Source: Glycera tridactyla (lineage: Eukaryota). From it: a DNA stretch of 64,000 bases. The notes below the pieces were generated by a model. That model ran no database searches. It was not told the DNA's origin and worked only from the letters and a program-made list of their open reading frames with translations. The stretch is taken from contig OZ286461.1 of assembly GCA_965644265.1 (NCBI GenBank), positions 106,144,001-106,208,000 on the forward strand. Reading direction: 5' to 3'. Below, piece by piece: positions 1 through 8,900 of this stretch (positions are counted from its first letter, which is position 1; each line of letters starts with the position of its first letter). The translations under genes and the position numbers were made by a program.

Positions 1-1032
1 TATGCTCCTGTTTTTAAGGATTTTAGCCCTCTAAAATAAAAATAGAAAATAAATAAAATGATGAAAAATGCACAATTGTTATCATGAAATAAGTAAAATT
101 ATTTCGTGATTTTTGATATCCTTCTTTCCTTATTACTCCTTCTTTAAAGAAGACTGCCCCAGCTGTCTCCATGTCAATTGAATGTAAAACGTCTCTGTCT
201 TGTGTGTACCTCCTTTTCGAAGCCGCTCAACCCGAGTAATTTATTTTGATAATACAACAATAAATATATGAATAAATATGTGAATAATACATGCATTTTA
301 TTCACAACATGTGTACGGCATGTCTCAAATCATCGGGTCCAATATTCATACAACATCAGAATTTCACTCTTCATGCGTGTTTGTAATCGTGGCGTATGTA
401 TTATGCGTGTATACGTGTTTTCATGCTGTATATAACCATTAATAATAGAATTCACACACTACAAATATATTAACCAAATCCGACAATTTTGTAATTTATC
501 AAGAGTGTACCCCGTCGACACATCGATTTTTCACCAAGACACCGCCTAGAATCCGCGACCGTGATTGGTCTATTCGGATTTGCGCGTGTGTCCGTGGGGG
601 TAACTTCTTCAAAATTAAAACAATGTACTTGGATTCAATAAAAAACGCCGATTATGTGGCAAGTTGTCGAGAAACATTCCATATATTTGGTATTTCCTAA
701 CAGAATCATTTTCACACTGCAACTATCATGATAATGATGACTCAATCCTCTTATGGTAGCTGCTAAACTCATTCGTACGCAGCTGACTCATATGTTTGCC
801 GTCATCACCCGAGAATAAAACTAATGGGTTGTTTGGCACACAACATCTGTAACACATTCATGGTTTCACTTTCGTGACTAATGTTTATACCTCGTGTCAA
901 ACAAGGGTATCTTTGGTATATAAACGTCAATGTAGATTCAATTACCATCTGGGGTAGTTTATCAATATACCCTACCAAACTTTTCGTGGTATAATACCCC
1001 AAGTTCGGAGACTTGAGTCACACTTTGCAGCC

Positions 1033-1302
1033 ATGGATTGCCATTACTGTTTGCTGAAGCTGATCCTTGCTGGATTCCATAACGAAACTTATGTCCATTG
1101 CGTAAATGAGACATCTACGCCTACTATGCCCATTCTATCTACTGAGCATCCTCACATGGACAACGACCAGTCTGTTTGGATATGGGCAATAATACCCATA
1201 CTACTATTGCTGATCATGTTCGCCCTCGTCACATGGCGGGCGTATAGGAAGTTTACTATGGGTAAGTACCCTTTTTGCCAGTTAAAGCTATCAAATAAGT
1301 AA
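1033..1302 (+). CDS. Antisense small single-pass membrane protein (89 aa)
   Basis: Kozak-like GCCATGG; two N-E-T sequons; TM VWIWAIIPILLLLIMFALVTW followed by RAYRK; TATATAAA at 917-924; donor G|GTAAGT at 1261/1262. Confidence 0.55.
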   Translation: MDCHYCLLKLILAGFHNETYVHCVNETSTPTMPILSTEHPHMDNDQSVWIWAIIPILLLLIMFALVTWRAYRKFTMGKYPFCQLKLSNK

Positions 1303-1348
1303 CAATAAGTAACTATAAGTACTGATTACCCCTAATCTGTGTTTCTGC

Positions 1349-1780
1349 ATGTGTGTTATCTGGCATGGTGAATGTGATATGGCGGGTATAATCGTACTTG
1401 TATATTCAGACTTCTTCAGGATTTGCTTCCGAACTGATCTGACTACTAGCCAGTCGTTCGTACTAATTGTCATTGAAACTATCACCGTTACGAGCGGCTC
1501 GTGCCAATGTCTGTGTTATGACTTGTATATCGGGTTTCACGCGTTACCAGTCAAGCGTGTAATCGTAGTCGCCCAGACCTTGCCTGGCTTTCCCGCCGTC
1601 CGTAACATGATCGTTTCACTCTGCGCTGGTTCACTAGTCTCTAGGCGTTGTCGCCGAAACCATTGGATCAGCTTCGTTATAGTAGTAGAAGTCATATCCG
1701 GTATTTATTTTCTTCGCGCTTGCGAGGCGAGCATGATGAATGCTGAATCGGTCCCCACGGCTGTTCGTAACTCCATTTAG
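1349..1780 (+). CDS. Second antisense ORF downstream of env (143 aa, doubtful)
   Basis: Open for 143 codons and followed by AATAAA at 1939-1944. The V/I/C-rich composition resembles a shadow frame, but the in-register minus frame has 7 stops. Confidence 0.25.
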   Translation: MCVIWHGECDMAGIIVLVYSDFFRICFRTDLTTSQSFVLIVIETITVTSGSCQCLCYDLYIGFHALPVKRVIVVAQTLPGFPAVRNMIVSLCAGSLVSRRCRRNHWISFVIVVEVISGIYFLRACEASMMNAESVPTAVRNSI

Positions 1781-1956
1781 CCGAGGCGATCGTTAGGGCG
1801 ATGTTTGCATTGCTCGCCCAGCAGCATCTCCCCATGGGAATAAGTATTAGAACATGTATCTCAGTGGTAATCTATTTCTCGATCGTATTTCAATGGAAAC
1901 AATTGCTTGTGAAACAGAATAAGTTTTAATGATAAGATAATAAATCGTAAATCCTT

Positions 1957-2904
1957 CTATTGTGGACTAATAGCAGGCCTATTAGTCGTTTGCACCGCGA
2001 TTTCCCGTCTTTCCATTATTTCGTAAGAATCTTCATTATCAAGAGATGGTGGTGGTATATTCCTTAGAGCTGTTACTAGCGGCTCTATCGCTCGCGGATT
2101 TGATATGGGTGGTGGTAATGGCCTTTTCGCGAGTTTGTTCCAAGTAGTCTTCTTGTATCTGTATAGAAACCAGGCAGCTATCAATATAGCCGCTAGCAAC
2201 GATACTGCTATGACTAGCACAATGAGTATCGTTAACCAGAGACTTCTCTGCTTTCTCTGGTCGGTGTGGATCAGATTAAATGGATTAAGGGTCCTCCCTT
2301 TTAATATTTCGTCCATCGCTTTATCCAGATCCATTCCGAAAGATATCATATCATCTAGGCCCAACCTTTCATCTTCTGTAGTAATATCCAAGGAAGGTAT
2401 TGGGATGCTATCTATTGATTTCGCATACCTGTTCTTCGTGTATTCTACTAATAAATCCATATTTAGCAGTCTCGATAATGCTGGGAAATTTACAGGAAAA
2501 TCGATTTCCTGCGACATCTGTCTGTCTGTACATCCATGTATAATGGGTGATACCGATAATGTCCTTCCTTGTCCGTCTGTCAACGTAACCTGACATGCAC
2601 AATCCTGGCTGACCACACAAAACCTACATCCTTCCCTAACCATTAACGCTCTTGTTGGACAACCTATGGAAATGGTTTGAGCATTCATGACCAGCAACCT
2701 GCCTGGAGCCAATGAATGCACATCCATTATATCTTCGTCCATTTCCAGTCGGTAGGAACAGTGTTTTGTAATCTTTTCGTTGTCCCCAAGATATAAGCTC
2801 ATGGCGCATGTAGGGTGGTAGGTATCATGGATGGTGGTCATTTGTTTGCAATGCACTGTGTGTGATTTAGTACATTGGATGAAGTCCATTTCACTCATTT
2901 CCAA
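1957..2904 (-). CDS. env: Envelope glycoprotein, C-terminal part (Cys-rich ectodomain, TM anchor, cytoplasmic tail); continues the upstream env ORF in the -1 frame
   Basis: Cys pattern CTKSHTVHC...TCAMSLY...HC...CRFCVVSQDCAC; TM LWLTILIVLVIAVSLLAAILIAAWFLY followed by RYKK. Adding one T to the T4 run (2903-2906) gives ...NTRFLEMSEMDF... and one ~910-aa Env from ATG 4691. Confidence 0.9.
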   Translation of the reverse strand: MEMSEMDFIQCTKSHTVHCKQMTTIHDTYHPTCAMSLYLGDNEKITKHCSYRLEMDEDIMDVHSLAPGRLLVMNAQTISIGCPTRALMVREGCRFCVVSQDCACQVTLTDGQGRTLSVSPIIHGCTDRQMSQEIDFPVNFPALSRLLNMDLLVEYTKNRYAKSIDSIPIPSLDITTEDERLGLDDMISFGMDLDKAMDEILKGRTLNPFNLIHTDQRKQRSLWLTILIVLVIAVSLLAAILIAAWFLYRYKKTTWNKLAKRPLPPPISNPRAIEPLVTALRNIPPPSLDNEDSYEIMERREIAVQTTNRPAISPQ

Positions 2905-4748
2905 AACCTAGTATTGTCTATGGATATACCAAAAATCTTGTTGGGGGCCACAGGCCTAGTGACCAAACTTGCATTTAATGTGGCAGGTACGCTGAAAGTG
3001 GTTAGCTTGAATAGTTTGAAACTCGCATCCGTTGAACGTAGAGGGACCGTGATATGTATTACCAGCTTATTATTTCTCCATGAGTATTCTGGCTTTGCAT
3101 ATTTATAATACGATGCTGGCCTCATATTCGCAACCCTAAACACAATAAATTCCTTCCTTACATGCTCATCAAGGTCCACTAATGCCTTAAATAAGGTTTC
3201 CTCCGGTATTATTGTGGAAGATAGCTCATTTCGTAGCAAAGAACGTAGGCCGGTCATGAAATTGTTCATCTCCCTTTCTACGATTGTTAGGTCCTGTAGT
3301 AGGGTCGCTATCATTGAAACTGCGAATGATGTATATTGTACACTCGCATATAGTCTTTTGTTCAGATTTTCTATGATTGTTGAAAATTTGGTGTCCACAT
3401 GGTTAATAGCTTCTCCCATCTTTATGAGATGTTTGTTGTTGGTTTGTGCGAGTGCAACCGCTTGTTTTTGGAAGGTAATCACTTTGTCCGCCATATTAAA
3501 CTGATTTTCTTCGAGTGTTTTCAATGCCTTGTGTATGTGTTTAGCCTCATCTTGGGTTACGACGCCAAATAGAGAATTCAGAATTTTTCCTCCAAAATTG
3601 AACAATCCTCGTTCCTTCCTTCTTCTTGTATCATCCGGATTGTATTCTGTGGCTTTAACTTGTTCTACGATTATTCCCATTTCTCGTATGTCGGTTTCGG
3701 TTGTTTTCATGGCAAATACTACTGAGTCAATCAGTTCGATGAAGTCCCTATCGTCTGGTTTGACTTCCGAAGTCTCTCGTCTTTGCCTTCTCTCCTGCCT
3801 TTGTTCTGAAGTCTTGATTTTATTCAGTTGATTTACGTAGTATGTACGTAGCTCATTTGCCATGGATTGGAATCTCTCTGTCAAGTAGTGAACATGACCG
3901 CATATATAGCTTCCTTGCGATTCCCATTCAGAAGTACCTTTCGTTCCATGTCCTTTGCATTTGCCATCGTATGCATGCCTTATGTTTCTTAGGCTTCTCT
4001 CAGCTTCTTCTAATGTAACATTCCATCTTCCCCTGATAACTTCAGCTGGCGTTATCCTAGGATCATAGGGGTTTGTAATATTTTCTAATTTAGCTAGGGC
4101 TGTCCCAGCTTCCCATATACCCCTCATAATGATATTGTCCTGTCTGGGAGTATCTTCGACGTATAGAGCTTCCTTTAATGTATTCAAAGCTGCTTTGAGT
4201 GAGGTGATGGACCTTCCCATCTTGATTTTCTTCATTGTCGTAGATCTCTTCGTTCTGATTCGTGCATTCGCACCGTATTCCCATCGTGCGTTAGTCATCA
4301 TCTCATGTAGTAGATCCATGGATATGGCGGTTCTGGTTGCCTTGATTTCGTTCAAAATTCCTTTTAGGTACATACATGTTTCGTTGTTTGTGTCTTCTTC
4401 AATGTTTTCACCCAGACACTGATGCCATTGAAGGCACTCTCCATCCTGGTTTGTCGCACATTGAGTATGGTTGTTCACGTCTGTGAACATAGTAGGGATG
4501 TTCACAATGAACATCAGGTTGAAGGTAGCTGTAGTAGGGATATAGTTACCCTCTATAGGTGAAAAGTGAGCCCCATAGTTTAGCCTTTCAACCAGATTCA
4601 TTCCAGTTGAATCAAGAAAATCCTGGTTTTGGTCCACTTGTTGAGCATTTCCCATAGCTCCACACCACGAGAGTATCATAAGTAACATCATCAAAGAGCA
4701 ATCTTCTCCAATGATTCGTCTTTGGTGCCGTCTTGGTTTAATCACCAC
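2895..4748 (-). CDS. env: Envelope glycoprotein, N-terminal ~600 aa (class I fusion protein, baculovirus F/errantivirus Env type)
   Basis: Signal-like MMLLMILSWCGAMG (first ATG 4691); basic site followed by fusion-peptide-like RRRKER|GLFNFGGKILNSLFG; heptad region; ends at a TGA caused by a frameshift. Confidence 0.9.
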   Translation of the reverse strand: MVIKPRRHQRRIIGEDCSLMMLLMILSWCGAMGNAQQVDQNQDFLDSTGMNLVERLNYGAHFSPIEGNYIPTTATFNLMFIVNIPTMFTDVNNHTQCATNQDGECLQWHQCLGENIEEDTNNETCMYLKGILNEIKATRTAISMDLLHEMMTNARWEYGANARIRTKRSTTMKKIKMGRSITSLKAALNTLKEALYVEDTPRQDNIIMRGIWEAGTALAKLENITNPYDPRITPAEVIRGRWNVTLEEAERSLRNIRHAYDGKCKGHGTKGTSEWESQGSYICGHVHYLTERFQSMANELRTYYVNQLNKIKTSEQRQERRQRRETSEVKPDDRDFIELIDSVVFAMKTTETDIREMGIIVEQVKATEYNPDDTRRRKERGLFNFGGKILNSLFGVVTQDEAKHIHKALKTLEENQFNMADKVITFQKQAVALAQTNNKHLIKMGEAINHVDTKFSTIIENLNKRLYASVQYTSFAVSMIATLLQDLTIVEREMNNFMTGLRSLLRNELSSTIIPEETLFKALVDLDEHVRKEFIVFRVANMRPASYYKYAKPEYSWRNNKLVIHITVPLRSTDASFKLFKLTTFSVPATLNASLVTRPVAPNKIFGISIDNTRFWK

Positions 4749-4770
4749 TGCAACACATAAAGTGGGGATA
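4748..4770 (-). promoter_or_regulatory. Candidate env splice acceptor
   Basis: Minus strand CCCCACTTTATGTGTTGCAG|TGGTG lies at the start of the env frame. Spliced env mRNAs are established for gypsy-type errantiviruses. Confidence 0.5.
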
Positions 4771-5354
4771 GGGACCCATAAATTCCTGTGCCTAGGCCGA
4801 CTTAATTGACAATATAATGGATATTATAATTGTCTAGAACTTTTCTAACAAACTGCGATGTAATGTAGGGCGTTGTTATACAACAAGGATAACCATGAAT
4901 TATTTTATATAATAATTTATGATTTCTACTGTGTGTTTGGATCCGCTTCAATGGAATGTCGGCCTAATGCGGCATTTTTACAGGTTCCCTATTTTTCCCT
5001 ATTTTTCATAGGCGTTCGCCCTTCTTCTTTGCTCATTGACTTTATTGTTTCTTTCTGTGGCAACCGCTCCGGCTGACCACTACCCTTTGCGCGTCCGCAT
5101 TCCTACAAGTTGGTGAATTCACACCTTGACTTGTATATTTTCTGATACTCTCTCGTAATTCCCTGAGCTCCATTTGCTCGAAGCTGCTCCATCATTTGTT
5201 AATATGGGGGAGGTATGGGGTTACCTCCCTCTTCTCCCACCTCTTGGGCTCCCGTGGGACCTTCAGGCTTATTTCCTGGGGTTGCTCATCCCCCTTTACC
5301 CCTGATTTTCACCACTTGTGAATCTTACTCCGAAGAGTCAACATCGCATTTATC

Positions 5355-5975
5355 ATGTCTTCCCAAAATATTGTAGTGGCTTGTATCAGCCAGTTTTGTT
5401 CGAATGGGATAGTGGGTGTCCACTATGACGAAGAGCGAAGGGAGCTTCGCATTTATAGTGGAAGGGTCTCTACTAGTTACGACGACCACATTCTGGACGA
5501 AATTCGCAATTTCATCAGAACAAGGGAGATAGTGGGGTACTACTTTGATCAGGAACAATGTCGTGCCTCTCTAATCGTTAGGTTCAATGGTGGCATTGTT
5601 CTCAACAATGCCAGAGCCGGTGCCTATAGGCACAACGATGGGTGCTCCAATTCTTCTGAGGGGCACGAACATGAGCCTGATAGCCATGACCCACCATCTC
5701 CCCTTGTTTCGAATCAGGATCCCAGAAGGGTTCCTGTTCGAATGTGGCCGAATTTCGTTCACAGAAATTCAGCACCACGTATAGTGGTGCGTCCCAACAA
5801 CTTGTCCCGTTCTGAGGGACGCAACATCGTTGGTCGTGAGGTGAGTGTCTCTTTTATACTCCTTTTTGTCTTTATTATCGTGCTTTCAGCTCCTTCAGCA
5901 TCTTCCTCTTCTCTATACGAGCATTGTAGTCTCTTATGTGTTCTATTGGCACGATATCCGCCCGTAGCCATGTAG
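5355..5975 (+). CDS. Antisense accessory ORF of the retroelement (206 aa, unknown function)
   Basis: ATG-initiated. Internal repeat IVGVHYDEE / IVGYYFDQE with several third-position synonymous differences in this frame. Consensus donor GAG|GTGAGT in phase 0 after codon 162 (5840/5841). Confidence 0.5.
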   Translation: MSSQNIVVACISQFCSNGIVGVHYDEERRELRIYSGRVSTSYDDHILDEIRNFIRTREIVGYYFDQEQCRASLIVRFNGGIVLNNARAGAYRHNDGCSNSSEGHEHEPDSHDPPSPLVSNQDPRRVPVRMWPNFVHRNSAPRIVVRPNNLSRSEGRNIVGREVSVSFILLFVFIIVLSAPSASSSSLYEHCSLLCVLLARYPPVAM

Positions 5976-8900
5976 GCTTCTTGTCGCGCCACTCGCACAT
6001 GTATGAAACCTTTCCATTCTTCGTTGTGGACGTTATGACTTTTACTAGTTTCGACATGTCCGGTGCGCTTGCCTTGCTATCATTCTTCGTTTTGAAGCTG
6101 ATTTCTGGATCCATACTGACTGTATCCGTGTTTGACCTATTGTTTCTTTGCGCATGTTCTCTATTCACAAATGTTCTGCCTCGCTTTCGTCGCCTGGTTA
6201 CAGGCGGTATGTTTGGAAGGGTAGAAGTTTCAGATTCCACACTTTCTTTGTCTTTTTCTCTTCGCGATTCTGTATTTTTCTCTCTTTCTTCTGTATTTTG
6301 CGTATGTCCAATTGTCCGCTCCGAATTTGCATTCTGTCCGTCCTTCTTGGTCCTTTCGGTCCCTCTCAGGGTAGAATCAGCCTCCGGTGTGAATTTCTTC
6401 AGTCTGTTTTCTGGTATTAGATGTTTGAGGTTATGGTTGTGGATTTGCAGTGAATGAAATCCTGGCTTTGGTGTTGAGACTATGATGAAAGGCCCTTCAT
6501 ATTTCTGACTGACTTTGTATTGAGAGGGAACCCTAGGGGTTACTATTTTTGCCCAAACCATATCTCCTGGCTTGAAACCTTTGTATGTAACCTTCTTGGC
6601 TGTGTCATGACGCATTTTCATGTTCTCCGCATTTTTCCTGGCATTTCTGGCTGCTATGTGTCGTATAGCCATTAAATCAGGCCATATTGAAGGGAAAACT
6701 TCTTGTGGTGGGACATCTCGAATTAATGGAGGTTCTTTCGTTATGTCACCGGAGAGGGTTGGTTCCAGACCATACATGATTTCGTAGGGTGCAAATCCAT
6801 GAGATTTGATGGAAATATCATGAGACCAACGAACATGAGGCAAAAATTCCGTCCATGATTTTTCAGGAAACTCCATCATACATGCTCGTAGTGAGCAGAG
6901 AATACTAGAATGTAGTCGTTCTACTGCTGCATTGGCTTGAGGGTGCCAGGAGGTTATATACTGTAGTTTGATACTAAATTGTTCAGCCAAGTATTGGAAG
7001 GTTTTAGACGTGTGAGCTGCTGCTCTGTCTAATACGACCACCTTCGTAGGTCCAAATCGTTGAATCCACATCTTCATAAAATATGTAGCCAGGGTTTCAG
7101 CTTTTTCATTTGGAATGGTTTCAATCTCAAAGTGTTTTGAAAATCTGTCTACGATAACAAGTACTTTCAGTTCCTTATCTTTCGTTGGTGCAACCTTTAA
7201 GACATCCATGTGGATTATTTCAAATAATGAAGCTGGTGGTCTTAATAAAAGGGGTGTCTTTTTATTATTGTAGTCTCTTTTGGCTTGACCGCAGGCTTTG
7301 CAACTAGCCACAAATTTAGCCAAGTCTTCGTACATTCCTGGCCAGTAGAATCGTTGCCTGACGATTTGTAGTAGACTGTTGAAACCTCTGTGGGATCCAT
7401 GTGTTCCATGGTGAAATAATGCTGCTATTTCATACCTCCTAACATGTGGTAAGTATATCTGGTGAAATGTTTTATTGCTCGTATTGTCGTGGAATTTTCG
7501 GCATAAAATTCCGGAATTTGTAAGCAAATATTTGTCCTCCTCTGCCATGATTTTTCTTGCATGGGCAAGAGTCTCTGGCAGAGACTTATTCAATTTATAT
7601 TGATATAGGAATGACGAGTCTTTGTCAGTGGCTTGTTCCAGCGCCATTTTTCTTTCGTCTATCATATATTCTGTATACAACTCGATGCAAGAAGTTTCAT
7701 CCAGTAGTAAGGCTTCCTCGTATGAAATATCATCTGAATCCTCCAGGCCCAGTTGTTTTTCCTCTTTGTCGTACGATGAATCACCCTCACTGTCGGCTAT
7801 GTTTTCGATATCCGTCTCGGACATAACGTTCCCATCAGCGTCTTCCTCGCTGCTGGTACATGATTCTTCCGCGTGGCGGCGAGCGTCTCGCTGGAGGCCG
7901 GTTTTGGCGGGAAAGGTGGGCGTGGCACTTTTCTCTCTTTGACCATGTTGTTTATCCGTTGTGTCGAACATATCGAATCGCCGCTCTGTGGCTTCACACT
8001 CAGATGAATCTATTTCATTGCTGGGCTTGTATGGCTTTGTCCTGATTCCCATTAAACACTCCTTCTTTGTTACTGGTGATTCCAAGAATTCTGTAGTATT
8101 GATAAGACAATGGTTGTCACCTTCTTCATCCATTGATAACATGGGTTGTTCTACGTAGGTTATTCTAGATAAGGTGTCAGCTACAACATTTTCTTTGCCT
8201 GGTTTGTGCAGTACACGGATATTGAATTTATTCAAAAACATTTTATAACGAAAGAGCCTGCCGGTTTTAGTGGCCAGATTGTGTAAATATACGTTTGTCA
8301 AATTATCAGAAAATACTGTTATGTCTGTTTGAGAGCCCAACATTAATTCACATTGTTTCAATGATTCTACGAGTGCCAGGGCTTCTTTCTCATTTGAATG
8401 GTAATTTGCTTGTGATGGATTTAATGTTTTTGATATGAATGCTACAGGCCTGGTTACGTTTTCCTCGTCTTCCTGTGATATAACTGCTCCTACTGCTCTA
8501 CCGCTAGCATCTAGGTATACTGTAAATGGCTTGGCAGGGTCAGGATAGTATAATACCGCATTTTGGAGAAGGGAGGTTTTTATATTGTCTAATGCTTCCT
8601 GGCATTCCTCGGTCCAGATAAATTCATGATCTTTCTGTAGGAGTTTGTTTATTGGTGCAGCTATGGCCGCATATCCTCTTACAAATCTGCGATAGAAGTT
8701 GAGCGTACCCATCAACTGTCTGACTTCTTTGACATTATTAGGGGCTGGGAGCTTTATTAACGCTCCTAATTTGTTAGGATCGGCCTTTACCCCATCTTTG
8801 TTGAAAATATATCCCAGATATTTAACCTCGGATTTCATGAACATGGCCTTTGATGGCGATATACGTAGTCCCACTTGTCTAAGTCTCCACAGAAGTTGAC

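Noticed and set aside
1-420. 3' LTR and PPT of the env element (purine runs on the minus strand at ~119-150 and ~209-219; AATAAA at 240-245 and 296-301)
   Set aside because: Neither purine run is followed by TG, and no second copy was seen near 13.8-16 kb; the LTRs probably lie outside the window or in the gap.
1330-1780. Protein-like minus-strand frame (GYDFYYYNEADPMV...IYKYDYTRHITF) suggesting hypermutation or a variant genetic code
   Set aside because: About 7 stops in 150 codons equals random expectation, and pol and env in the same element show no such stops.
2105-2593. 162-aa plus-strand ORF, and similar ORFs at 3214-3831, 5936-6457, 7622-7942, 9161-10540 and 11426-11985
   Set aside because: Antisense shadow frames of env, pol and gag with typical S/L/F/V-rich composition and no independent support.
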